From positions 11,250 through 75,249 of the forward strand of contig JAGBEE010000012.1 in the NCBI GenBank assembly GCA_017937135.1: a stretch of 64,000 nt of DNA, read 5' to 3'. The DNA is from Clostridia bacterium (GTDB taxonomy: Bacteria; Bacillota; Clostridia; Oscillospirales; CAG-272). The notes under the pieces were generated by a model, which was given only the letters and a program-made list of their open reading frames with translations, made no database searches and was not told where the DNA came from. Position numbers and translations under genes: made by a program. This document shows positions 9,241-18,185 of the stretch, piece after piece (within the stretch, counting starts at the first letter, position 1; each line of letters starts with the position of its first letter).

Positions 9241-10128
9241 TTATTGATTAAAAAGCTTTTCAATATCGCTTCTTGTAAAATCATATTTTTTGTTACAAAA
9301 ATGGCAGTCAAGGGTGATTTTTTCCTCTTCTCCCTTTTCCTTCTGCTCATTTAAAATACCTAAAACCTCGCTCCTGCCAAGACTGAAAAGCGCCTTTTCG
9401 GTGCGCTCTCTTGAGCAGTTACAGCTATATTCAACCTCAATTTCATCAAATAGGTCATACTCTATACCATTTAATGCGATTTTTAAAATCTCCTCGTTTG
9501 AAAGACCCTGGTCAAATTTGGTTGAGATATTATTTAACATTTTAGCATTTTCCTCAAGGCGAGAAATAACCTCCTCGTCAGCAAAGGGAAGTAGCTGAAT
9601 AAACACTCCACCTGCCGCCTTGCACGTATAATCAGTATCAACTAAAACGCCAAGAGCGCATAGCGTAGGCACCTGCTCGCTAACTGCATAATATTGTGCA
9701 ATATCCTCGGCAACCTCGCCGCTAACAAGCTCGATATTGCCATTGTATGGCACCTCGTCGCCAACGTCCTTAGATACACATAAAATTCCACCGCCGACAA
9801 TGCCAGAAACATCAAGCTTGCCGTTTGGCTTTAGTGGCGCGTCAGCTAAAGGGTTTTGTATATAGCCCTTAACGTTACCATAGTAATCAGCTACAACAAG
9901 CGTAGTGCCGGCAAGGCCGTTGCCACGTATAGCCACAGTCATAGTGCAGTCCTTTTCGGGAAGCATCGTTCCCATAACAGAGGAAGCAGTTAGAAGTCTG
10001 CCAAGAAGAGCAGTAGCAGTAGGGGCAGTTTTGTGATATTCAATAGCGGAATTGACAATATCAGTAGAGTTAATAACATAAGCTCGTGCGCTTCCGTCTC
10101 TTGTCATAGCGCGTAAGATTTTAGACAT
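9241..10128 (-). CDS. hslO: Redox-regulated chaperone Hsp33
   Basis: 295 aa with the C-terminal zinc centre CNCSRE...CHFCNKKY (CxC...CxxC) characteristic of Hsp33. Confidence 0.92.
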   Translation of the reverse strand: MSKILRAMTRDGSARAYVINSTDIVNSAIEYHKTAPTATALLGRLLTASSVMGTMLPEKDCTMTVAIRGNGLAGTTLVVADYYGNVKGYIQNPLADAPLKPNGKLDVSGIVGGGILCVSKDVGDEVPYNGNIELVSGEVAEDIAQYYAVSEQVPTLCALGVLVDTDYTCKAAGGVFIQLLPFADEEVISRLEENAKMLNNISTKFDQGLSNEEILKIALNGIEYDLFDEIEVEYSCNCSRERTEKALFSLGRSEVLGILNEQKEKGEEEKITLDCHFCNKKYDFTRSDIEKLFNQ

Positions 10129-10139
10129 AAAAATTCTCC

Positions 10140-10901
10140 TTATTTAATATTCCTTGCAACAAAGTACCATTTTTCATCATTGTCGCTTGCAGCCTTTTTA
10201 TCTAAGTCACCGTAAACATTAAGAATCTCAAAGCCACATTCCAAAAGCGCCCTTTCAATCTGCTTTTTAGAATAGCATTTTTCTCTTTGACGCTCATCTT
10301 GTCTGTTGTAGGCTCCGTCCTTGTTTTCGGTGAAGATGGAAAGATAAAAATCGCATATTTTGGTTTTCTCATTATAGTAGTTTTGCCAAGCGCAAAGAAC
10401 GCCATCGTTTTCTATAACGAAATCATTTTTGCCATATACATTTTCAAATCTATATGGTGTATTTATATCAAAAATAAACACTCCATCGGGGATAAGATAG
10501 TTATGAACTAAGGAAAAGCACTTTTTCACATCACTAATTTTAGTAAGATAATTGATGCTATCAAGTGAGCATACGCAGGCATCAACCGTGCCGTAAAGCT
10601 CAAAATCTCTCATATCCTGACATAAGAATAAAACGTCATTGATTTTGTTATCATAGCAGTATTCCTTTGCCACAGATAGCATATCCTCGCTTAAATCCAA
10701 GCCTGTCATATCGTAGCCACGGTCCCTTAAAGCAAAGGTTAGCTTGCCAGTGCCACACGCAAGGTCCAAAACCAACGAGGTAGGCACTCTTTCGTATTCC
10801 TTAATCAAAGAGGCACAAAGGTCGGCGAGCTTTTCGTAATCACAGCCGTAATTAAGCGCGTCGTAAACCCTTGAAAGCTCGGTATATTGTTTGTTTTGCA
10901 T
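10140..10901 (-). CDS. Class I SAM-dependent methyltransferase
   Basis: Motif I VLDLACGTG. Start set at ATG 10901 (MQNKQY...), which has GGAGG 6 nt upstream; the track start at 10913 has no RBS. Confidence 0.8.
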   Translation of the reverse strand: MQNKQYTELSRVYDALNYGCDYEKLADLCASLIKEYERVPTSLVLDLACGTGKLTFALRDRGYDMTGLDLSEDMLSVAKEYCYDNKINDVLFLCQDMRDFELYGTVDACVCSLDSINYLTKISDVKKCFSLVHNYLIPDGVFIFDINTPYRFENVYGKNDFVIENDGVLCAWQNYYNEKTKICDFYLSIFTENKDGAYNRQDERQREKCYSKKQIERALLECGFEILNVYGDLDKKAASDNDEKWYFVARNIK

Positions 10902-10971
10902 AGCTACCTCCATTTATCTTATTAAACAATTCTAACACATTTTAATAATAAAGTAAATAGCTAAAACAAAT

Positions 10972-12327
10972 TTATAAAAATTTAACAAGCTTGTAAATGT
11001 CGCCAGCACCCATTATAACGACACAGTCACATTCGCAATTTTTAATATAGCTTGAGGTGGCGCACAAATCCTGTAAGAAAATTCCACCACAATCACGCGC
11101 AAAGCCCTCATCAGTTATTTCATAAATGTTTTCCTCTCTTGCCGAGTATATTGGCAAAATAACAAGCTTACTTGCATCCTCAAACGCCTTTGTAAATTCA
11201 TCATAAAGGAAAAAAGTGCGCGAATAGGTATGAGACTGAAAAACACAAAGTATTTTTTTGTAGCCCATTTCCAAAAGGGCGCAAAGAGAAGCTTTTATTT
11301 CTGTTGGATGGTGAGCATAATCCATAAAAACAGGCGCACCTGTGTCTGTTTTCTTTATTAGCTCCATTCGTCTTTCACTACCCATAAATGATGAAATAGC
11401 ACCACAAATTACGCTTGGAGCGATATTGTTTTCGCTGGCAACCGAAAATGCACATAGGGCATCGTATATAAAGTGCTCACCAAAAAACGTTGACTTGCAC
11501 TTGCCAAGAAGCGCCCCGTTTTTATAGACCTCAAAGCCATAAAAATCGGGAGAGTGTATGATTTTTGCTTTATACATAGCTTCGCTTTTTATTCCAAAGG
11601 TTATTTTTTCCTTGGCTACAATAGAAGTCGATGCTTCATCATCTGCATTTATAAATACGCGCTTAGCCTTATTTGCAAATTTATTAAAGGAGCATTTTAT
11701 ATCATCGAGAGATTTGAAAAAATCTGGGTGGTCAAAATCAATGTTTAAAATCACTGCATCATCACAGGGCAAGGATAGAAAGGAGTTCATATATTCGCAC
11801 GCTTCAAATATACAGCACTGTCCCTTTTTTATTAAGCAAGCACTATCATACAGCTTCATTTCTGCGCCACAAAACGAGGTGGGATTTCTTGAAGCGTAGT
11901 CAAATATATGTGTAATTAGCGCGCAGGTTGTGCTTTTACCGTGCATACCCGATACACCTATTTTTGTTTTGTATCGTGAAATTATATAGCCAAGAAAATT
12001 AGCTCTTGAAATAGTTGGTATTTTTAACTCATTGGCTCTTTTATATTCAAAATTGCTCTCATCAATTGCGCCCGTAAATATTACCATATCCATACAGGAA
12101 ACATTATCGGGAGTTGAGTAATATTTTATATTACAAATTTTCTCAAGCTTTTTTGTAACACGGCTCCTTGTCCTATCATACCCAAAAACCTCCTTGCCAA
12201 GATAGACGCAATATGTGGCAAGAGAGGACATACTAATGCCACCAATTCCTATAAAGAAAATTCTTTTTGCATTTGTGAAAAAATTATGAATTTCATCAAG
12301 CTTAAAATTTGTATTTTCAATAGCCAT
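10972..12327 (-). CDS. murC: UDP-N-acetylmuramate--L-alanine ligase
   Basis: 451 aa with N-terminal FIGIGGISMS and the Mur ligase P-loop GVSGMHGKSTT. Confidence 0.93.
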   Translation of the reverse strand: MAIENTNFKLDEIHNFFTNAKRIFFIGIGGISMSSLATYCVYLGKEVFGYDRTRSRVTKKLEKICNIKYYSTPDNVSCMDMVIFTGAIDESNFEYKRANELKIPTISRANFLGYIISRYKTKIGVSGMHGKSTTCALITHIFDYASRNPTSFCGAEMKLYDSACLIKKGQCCIFEACEYMNSFLSLPCDDAVILNIDFDHPDFFKSLDDIKCSFNKFANKAKRVFINADDEASTSIVAKEKITFGIKSEAMYKAKIIHSPDFYGFEVYKNGALLGKCKSTFFGEHFIYDALCAFSVASENNIAPSVICGAISSFMGSERRMELIKKTDTGAPVFMDYAHHPTEIKASLCALLEMGYKKILCVFQSHTYSRTFFLYDEFTKAFEDASKLVILPIYSAREENIYEITDEGFARDCGGIFLQDLCATSSYIKNCECDCVVIMGAGDIYKLVKFL

Positions 12328-12488
12328 AAAGCAAAAACTCCCAAAAATCTGTCAAAATCGTCAATATTTCACATAAAAATCTATGTGATTTCACCAAAAG
12401 ATTCCAACTTGTACTCAATTTATTCACATTAAATTGATATAATGTATTTGTCAAAAATTAAACGTCTTAAATCGGAGGAAACAAAAAA

Positions 12489-12785
12489 ATGATAGCAACA
12501 GACATCAAAATCAGAAAATACTTTAATGAGGGACCAATGAAGGCAGTCGTATCTGTTACATTCGACGGAGCACTTGCAGTTCACGACATTAAGGTTATTA
12601 ACGCAAAGGATAAGTATTTTATCGTAATGCCAAGCCGTAAGAATCCAGATGGCACATACAGAGATATTGTGCACCCAATTAACTCTGAATTTAGAGCAGA
12701 GCTTGAGGGTGCTGTAATCAAGGCATACTTTGATGGCCTCGCAACTGCAGAGTTTGAGGATGCTACTGTTAGCGAAAACGTATAA
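12489..12785 (+). CDS. spoVG: Septation protein SpoVG
   Basis: 98 aa with the canonical SpoVG N-terminal domain (DIKIRKYFNEGPMKAVVSVTFDGALAVHDIKVI). RBS GGAGGA. Confidence 0.93.
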   Translation: MIATDIKIRKYFNEGPMKAVVSVTFDGALAVHDIKVINAKDKYFIVMPSRKNPDGTYRDIVHPINSEFRAELEGAVIKAYFDGLATAEFEDATVSENV

Positions 12786-12790
12786 ACTAA

Positions 12791-12816
12791 ATGTCGGCGC
12801 TTGCCGACATTTTTTA
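12791..12816 (+). terminator. Intrinsic terminator after spoVG
   Basis: ATGTCGGC-GCTT-GCCGACAT is followed by TTTTT. Confidence 0.7.
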
Positions 12817-12846
12817 ATTTCTTTTTATTTCCTTGCTGGAAAAATA

Positions 12847-12875
12847 TTGACACGCGCGATATAAATTGTTATAAT
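12847..12875 (+). promoter_or_regulatory. Consensus sigma-A promoter of hisS-aspS
   Basis: TTGACA (12847-12852), a 17-nt spacer, then TATAAT (12870-12875) with TG at -15/-14. The leader to the hisS ATG is only about 50 nt. Confidence 0.6.
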
Positions 12876-12930
12876 GTAATATAATACGTTAATATATTAT
12901 GCAAAAACATACTAATTGTGAGGAATTTAT

Positions 12931-14193
12931 ATGGCAGTAAAGATACAAAAGCCAAGAGGCACAATGGACATTTTTCCAAGCGAGGCGCTTATTTGGCAGA
13001 AGATAGAAGAAAAGGCAACGGACGTTGCAAAAAGATTTGGCTTTGGTGAAATTCGCACCCCTACCTTTGAGGAGCTTTCGCTTTTCAAAAGAGGAGTTGG
13101 CGAGGTAACTGACGTTGTACAAAAGGAAATGTACACCTTTCAGGACAGAGAAAATCGTGTTTTTGCGCTTCGTCCCGAGGGAACAGCATCGGTTGTACGC
13201 GCAATTATAGAAAATGGCAAAACCTCTGATGTTATGCCACTTCGTTATTTTTATTTAATCAATTGCTTTAGATACGAAAAGCCACAGGCTGGTAGAAGTC
13301 GTGAGTTTTTCCAATTCGGCACTGAGATGTTCGGCACTAAGGACCCATCAAGTGATGCAACAGTAATTTCACTTGCCGACACTCTTATCAAGGAGCTTGG
13401 CATTAAAGACGTTAAGCTGAATATCAACTCAATAGGCTGTCCTGAGTGTCGCCCCAAGTACAGAGAGGCGCTTGTTGAATATTTTAAGAGCCACGAAGGC
13501 GAGCTTTGCGACACATGCAAGGAAAGACTTAAAACAAACCCCTTGCGCGTTCTTGACTGCAAAAGCCCGATTTGCTCCGAGATAGCAAAGGATGCGCCAA
13601 AAACGATTGATTATTTATGTGATGAATGTCACGAGCACTTTGAGGATTTAAAGGAATATCTCAAGGCGCAAAATATTGATTACACAGTAAACCCAAGAAT
13701 AGTAAGAGGACTTGACTACTACACAAAGACTGTATTTGAATTTATCTGTGACTCAATTGGTGCGCAAAGCACAATTTGTGGTGGTGGTAGATACGACGGA
13801 CTTATGGAGCAGCTTGGTGGACCATCATTACCTGGCATCGGCTTCGGTATGGGTATTACAAGACTTATTTTGGCTATGCAGGCAAGTGGAGTGCTTGACG
13901 AAAAATTGCCCGAGCCACTTCTTTATATTGCACCAATGGGCAAGGAGGCAAAAATCAAGGCGCTTTCCATCGTTGCTAATTTAAGAAATGAGGGTGTATA
14001 TGCCGAATGTGATATAAGCCAAAGAAGCTTAAAGGCACAAATGAAATACGCTGATAAAATCGGTGCAAAATATACACTTATAATAGGTGATAGCGAGCTT
14101 GAAAGTGGCAAGGCACAGCTCAAGGATATGAAAAACAGCACACAAAGCGAAATTGAAATAGACAATATTTGCAAGGTTATCCTTGGCAAGTAA
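12931..14193 (+). CDS. hisS: Histidine--tRNA ligase
   Basis: 420 aa class II aaRS with HisRS-typical KPRGTMD, FRYEKPQAGRSREFFQ and GGGRYDGL. Confidence 0.95.
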   Translation: MAVKIQKPRGTMDIFPSEALIWQKIEEKATDVAKRFGFGEIRTPTFEELSLFKRGVGEVTDVVQKEMYTFQDRENRVFALRPEGTASVVRAIIENGKTSDVMPLRYFYLINCFRYEKPQAGRSREFFQFGTEMFGTKDPSSDATVISLADTLIKELGIKDVKLNINSIGCPECRPKYREALVEYFKSHEGELCDTCKERLKTNPLRVLDCKSPICSEIAKDAPKTIDYLCDECHEHFEDLKEYLKAQNIDYTVNPRIVRGLDYYTKTVFEFICDSIGAQSTICGGGRYDGLMEQLGGPSLPGIGFGMGITRLILAMQASGVLDEKLPEPLLYIAPMGKEAKIKALSIVANLRNEGVYAECDISQRSLKAQMKYADKIGAKYTLIIGDSELESGKAQLKDMKNSTQSEIEIDNICKVILGK

Positions 14194-14204
14194 CGGAGGA
14201 AGAT

Positions 14205-15986
14205 ATGGACATATTTGAAAAGAATGATAAACGCACTCACTATTGTGGCACACTCTCAAAGCAAAATGTAGGACAAAGAGTATGTGTGCTTGGTTGGACT
14301 CAAAAGCAAAGAGACTTAGGCAGCCTTATATTTATCGACCTAAGAGACCGTTCAGGCATTGTTCAGCTTGCGTTTGATGAAAATACAGAAAAATCTATCT
14401 TTGACAAAGCATTTACCGTAAGAGCAGAATTTGTTCTTTGTGCAAAGGGCGTTGTAAGAGAAAGAAGCACAGTAAATAAAAATATTCCAACAGGTGATAT
14501 TGAAATCGCAGTTGATGAATTTAAAATCTTGAACAAGGCACAAACACCACCGTTTGAAATTGTTGACGGTGGAGATGTTAAGGCAGAGCTTCGTATGAAG
14601 CACAGATACCTTGATTTAAGAAGACCCGAAATGCAAAGAAACATTATTGCTCGTTCAAAAATAGTTAATCTTACAAGAAACTACTTTAACGATAATGGCT
14701 TCATTGACATTGAAACACCAAACCTTATAAGACCTACTCCCGAGGGAGCAAGAGACTACTTAGTACCAAGCCGTGTTCACAAGGGTAATTTTTACGCGTT
14801 GCCACAGTCCCCACAAATCTATAAGCAGCTACTTATGTATTCTGGCTTTGACAGATACATACAAATAGCAAGATGCTTCAGAGACGAGGACCTAAGAGCA
14901 GACAGACAGCCTGAGTTTACACAAATAGATATGGAAATTTCATTTACAACAGAGGATGAAATTATCGCTATAAACGAGGGATTTCTCGCATACATTTTTA
15001 AGAATTTTATGAATAAGGAGCTTAAAACTCCATTCCAAAGAATGACCTGGCACGAGGCTATGGAGCGTTACGGCTCGGACAAGCCTGACATTCGTTTTGG
15101 CTTTGAGCTTACAAATATTTCCGATATAGTAAAGAATAGCGAGTTCAAGGTATTTGCAGGCGCTGTTCAAAACGATGGCTCAGTTCGCGCAATTAACGTA
15201 AAGGGTGGAGCTAAGTTTTCAAGGAAGGAAATCGATTCCCTTACTGAAAAGGCAAAGCATTACCACGCAAAGGGACTTGCTTGGCTCAAAAAAGCAAATG
15301 GTGAAATTTCCTCATCCTATGCTAAGTTCTTGACAGAGGATGAAAACAATGCAATAAATCAAAGACTTAATGTCGAGGATGGCGACCTTGTTTTAGTAGT
15401 TGCTGATAAAAATAAGGTAGTTTTCGACACCTTGGGCGCACTTCGTTGTGAATGTGCAAGGCGCTTAGGACTTTTAGACCCTATGGACTTTAAGTTCCTC
15501 TGGGTAACAGAGTTCCCACTCTTTGAGTATAGCGAGGAGGATGGCAGATACTACGCAATGCACCATCCATTCACAGCTCCAATGACAGAGGATTACGAAT
15601 ATATTGACACCGACCCAGGCAGAGTAAGAGCAAGAGCATATGATATTGTTCTCAATGGTACAGAGCTTGGCGGTGGTTCAATTAGAATTAACACAACAGA
15701 AATGCAAGAGCATATGTTTAGCGTGTTAGGTATTAGCAAGGAGGATGCAAACGAAAAGTTCGGCTTCCTGCTTGATGCCTTCAAGTATGGCGTACCCCCT
15801 CACGGAGGACTTGCATTCGGTCTTGACAGACTTGTAACCTTGCTTTTAGGTCTTGAGGACATAAGAGAGGTTATCGCATTCCCGAAGGCGCAAAATGCAT
15901 CTGAAATAATGTCTAAGTGCCCATCATTTGCAAATCCCGACGATTTAAAAGAGCTTGGAATTGCAATTATTGAATCAGAGGAATAA
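14205..15986 (+). CDS. aspS: Aspartate--tRNA ligase
   Basis: OB-fold N-domain plus class II core (FRDEDLRADRQPEFTQID, GGGSIR, PPHGGLAFGLDR). Start set at ATG 14205 with a GGAGGA RBS; the track ATG at 14169 overlaps hisS. Confidence 0.95.
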   Translation: MDIFEKNDKRTHYCGTLSKQNVGQRVCVLGWTQKQRDLGSLIFIDLRDRSGIVQLAFDENTEKSIFDKAFTVRAEFVLCAKGVVRERSTVNKNIPTGDIEIAVDEFKILNKAQTPPFEIVDGGDVKAELRMKHRYLDLRRPEMQRNIIARSKIVNLTRNYFNDNGFIDIETPNLIRPTPEGARDYLVPSRVHKGNFYALPQSPQIYKQLLMYSGFDRYIQIARCFRDEDLRADRQPEFTQIDMEISFTTEDEIIAINEGFLAYIFKNFMNKELKTPFQRMTWHEAMERYGSDKPDIRFGFELTNISDIVKNSEFKVFAGAVQNDGSVRAINVKGGAKFSRKEIDSLTEKAKHYHAKGLAWLKKANGEISSSYAKFLTEDENNAINQRLNVEDGDLVLVVADKNKVVFDTLGALRCECARRLGLLDPMDFKFLWVTEFPLFEYSEEDGRYYAMHHPFTAPMTEDYEYIDTDPGRVRARAYDIVLNGTELGGGSIRINTTEMQEHMFSVLGISKEDANEKFGFLLDAFKYGVPPHGGLAFGLDRLVTLLLGLEDIREVIAFPKAQNASEIMSKCPSFANPDDLKELGIAIIESEE

Positions 15987-16000
15987 AATGAGAATCCCGA

Positions 16001-16388
16001 CCTTAGCGTGATTCCTTAACGGACAAATCACGCTAAACGATGCTTGCCCTCACGGGCAAATGATGTTGCCTATGGCAATGATGTTCACTTTGTGAATGAT
16101 GTTGTGCCTTCGGCACAGTGAGCAAGCATCACATCATTGAAAACGTATGTGAGCAACATCATTATGCGAAGCAAAAACATAACTAACAGAAAAAAGAGAG
16201 GACATTTCGGATTTCCCGATTTGTTCTCTCCTTCTATTTGTATATGGGTTCCTCGAAGCGAAGTATGAGCTTTTTCGGTGGGCACATATATGGCTTTGAG
16301 CTTAGCCCAAGTGTATTTGACCGGTCAAATGTAATGCTCGCACTTAGCGGTGTTTTTCAAATTCTCCGCTAAGAATATCACCCATTCT
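16001..16388 (+). repeat. Intergenic repeat R1, copy A (hairpin-array element)
   Basis: Aligns by eye along its length to the reverse complement of 47272-47638. The core 16040-16140 matches at about 95 of 100 positions. Contains an array of short hairpins separated by AATGATGTT, and a hairpin plus T-run on the minus strand at 16190-16231. Confidence 0.8.
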
Positions 16389-16455
16389 GTCGGGATTTTG
16401 TTTATCTTCTTTTCATTTTTTTAAATACGTGCTATAATTACTATGAGGTGATATT

Positions 16456-16818
16456 ATGCAAACAATAGAAGAGGCATTAGCCAAGCTATCACGCTCAAAA
16501 TTTAGAGGGAGCTTCAAATTGACAAAGGGCGAGAGGGAGTACGTAAATAAGCACGGGCTTGAGGTGATAAGAAATCACACTAAGGACTTTATAAGCAAGC
16601 GCTTAGCACCTGCCTTCATTCCCAATGATGGCGCGCAAACCCCAACCAAGGGACATCCAGCCTTCAAGGCACAGCATGCGTGCGCCTGTTGCTGTCGCTC
16701 CTGTCTGAATAAATGGTATAACGTTCCAAAAAACACGGAGCTAACACATTTGCAACAGGAAAAAATAGTAAATTTATTAATGGCTTGGATAGAAAAGGAA
16801 ATGAACAAAAATAAATAG
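16456..16818 (+). CDS. DUF4186-like protein
   Basis: 120 aa. The central GHPAFKAQHACACCCRSCLNKWY matches what I recall of the DUF4186 signature. A TGcTATAAT extended -10 lies at 16430-16438. Confidence 0.6.
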   Translation: MQTIEEALAKLSRSKFRGSFKLTKGEREYVNKHGLEVIRNHTKDFISKRLAPAFIPNDGAQTPTKGHPAFKAQHACACCCRSCLNKWYNVPKNTELTHLQQEKIVNLLMAWIEKEMNKNK

Positions 16819-16826
16819 GTATTAAA

Positions 16827-17102
16827 ATGGAAAAATGCTATATATATATTTTAAGATGCGCAGACGATACGTTTTATTGTGGCTGGACAAATAATCTGCA
16901 AAGGCGCATAAGGATACACAATGAGGGGAAGGGCGCAAAATATACAAGAAGTCGCTTGCCCGTTAAGATAATTTATTACGAGGAATTTGAGTCATATATA
17001 GAGGCACAAAAAAGAGAATATCAGATAAAACAGCTTACAAGGAAGCAAAAGGAAGAGCTAATTAAAAACGCAACAGATAAAAACGGTGATGTGGCGTTTT
17101 GA
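16827..17102 (+). CDS. GIY-YIG nuclease-family protein (UPF0213/YhbQ-like)
   Basis: 91 aa with YIYILRCADDTFYCGWTNNLQRRIRIHNEG, i.e. the GIY...YxG...R...H/N signature. Lies 8 nt after the DUF4186 gene. Confidence 0.8.
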   Translation: MEKCYIYILRCADDTFYCGWTNNLQRRIRIHNEGKGAKYTRSRLPVKIIYYEEFESYIEAQKREYQIKQLTRKQKEELIKNATDKNGDVAF

Positions 17103-17143
17103 GCTTAGAGTAATAATCAAATTTCATAATAGTAAAGTTATAC

Positions 17144-17173
17144 AAAACTCCCGATTTTTGCCGGGAGTTTTTG
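17144..17173 (+). terminator. Intrinsic terminator after the GIY-YIG gene
   Basis: AAACTCCCG (17145-17153) pairs with CGGGAGTTT (17162-17170), followed by TT. Confidence 0.7.
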
Positions 17174-17196
17174 TATTATATATAGAAATATAAAAA

Positions 17197-17240
17197 ACTT
17201 TACAGATAACTTGACAGATGTAAAGTATTTATGGTAAAAT
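17197..17240 (+). promoter_or_regulatory. nadA promoter with overlapping inverted repeat (candidate NiaR operator)
   Basis: TTGACA (17211-17216), an 18-nt spacer, then TGgTAAAAT (-10 at 17235-17240). ACTTTACA (17197-17204) and TGTAAAGT (17219-17226) form an 8-bp inverted repeat bracketing the -35. Confidence 0.5.
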
Positions 17241-17269
17241 AATAAAAAATTTTTAGGGAAAGACATAAA

Positions 17270-18178
17270 ATGGAAAGTATAGTTAACCAAATAAACGAAC
17301 TAAAAAAGCAAAAAAACGCCATCATAATGGCGCACTATTATACAACCGATGAGGTACAAAGGGTTGCCGATTATGTAGGAGACTCCTTTTATCTTGCAAA
17401 AGCCGCAAAGAACACAAATGCTGACATAATTGTATTTTGTGGAGTTGCATTTATGGGAGAAAGTGTAAAGATATTAAACCCGGAAAAAAAGGTTTTAATG
17501 CCCGATATGAATGCGGACTGTGCTATGGCGCATATGGCAAGCGTAGAAACAATAAACAAAATGCGTGAAAGATACGAGGATTTAGCAGTAGTATGCTACA
17601 TAAATTCCACAGCAGAATTAAAGTGTCACAGTGATGTGTGCGTCACCTCATCAAATGCTGTAAAAATAGTTAAGTCCTTGCCAAACAAAAATATCTTTTT
17701 CATACCCGACCAAAACCTTGGCAGATATGTAAAGAAGGAAGCTCCGGAGAAGAATATAATTTTAAATGACGGATATTGTCCTGTGCACGTAAAAATTGAT
17801 GAGAAGTGGCTAAAGGATATGAAAAGCGAGCATCCAAATGCACTTGTTTTGACACATCCTGAGTGCACCGACGAGATTATAAAGCTATCTGATTATATAG
17901 GAAGCACAGCCGACATTTTGAAATTTGCAAAAAACAGCGATAAGAAGGAATTTATAATTTGTACAGAGGACGGTGTTTCATACCCACTAAAAAACAATAA
18001 TCCCGAAAAAGTATTTTATTTCTTGCCAAAGGAATATAGGTGCTTGGATATGAAATTAAACACTCTTAATAAGATTTTACACGTTTTAAAGACAGAGGAA
18101 AATGAGGTTTTTGTTAGTGATGAAACAAGAGAAAAATCACTAAAGCCACTTGACACAATGCTTGAAATGGCAAAATGA
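17270..18178 (+). CDS. nadA: Quinolinate synthase
   Basis: 302 aa. NadA-typical N-terminus (NAIIMAHYY), three-domain length, and conserved Cys residues. Confidence 0.92.
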   Translation: MESIVNQINELKKQKNAIIMAHYYTTDEVQRVADYVGDSFYLAKAAKNTNADIIVFCGVAFMGESVKILNPEKKVLMPDMNADCAMAHMASVETINKMRERYEDLAVVCYINSTAELKCHSDVCVTSSNAVKIVKSLPNKNIFFIPDQNLGRYVKKEAPEKNIILNDGYCPVHVKIDEKWLKDMKSEHPNALVLTHPECTDEIIKLSDYIGSTADILKFAKNSDKKEFIICTEDGVSYPLKNNNPEKVFYFLPKEYRCLDMKLNTLNKILHVLKTEENEVFVSDETREKSLKPLDTMLEMAK

Positions 18179-18185
18179 GGTTAAT

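Noticed and set aside
12786-12930. Expected a T-box riboswitch upstream of hisS-aspS, as in many Firmicutes.
   Set aside because: The consensus promoter at 12847-12875 leaves a leader of only about 50 nt. There is no specifier stem, no T-box sequence and no terminator before the hisS ATG.
16020-16122. The 18-nt period equals 6 codons, so the array can be read as NDVAYG-NDVHFV-NDVVPSAQ-stop. The track also lists a minus-strand ORF at 16085-16285.
   Set aside because: The plus-strand frame has no start codon after the upstream TAA at 16017-16019. The ORF on the other strand differs from the copy-B equivalent by non-synonymous changes that coincide with stem positions. The hairpin explanation fits better than coding.
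16040-16185. A CRISPR-like regular repeat/spacer appearance.
   Set aside because: The constant part is only 7-9 nt and the variable part 9-13 nt and palindromic, far below CRISPR repeat and spacer sizes. No cas genes are in the window.
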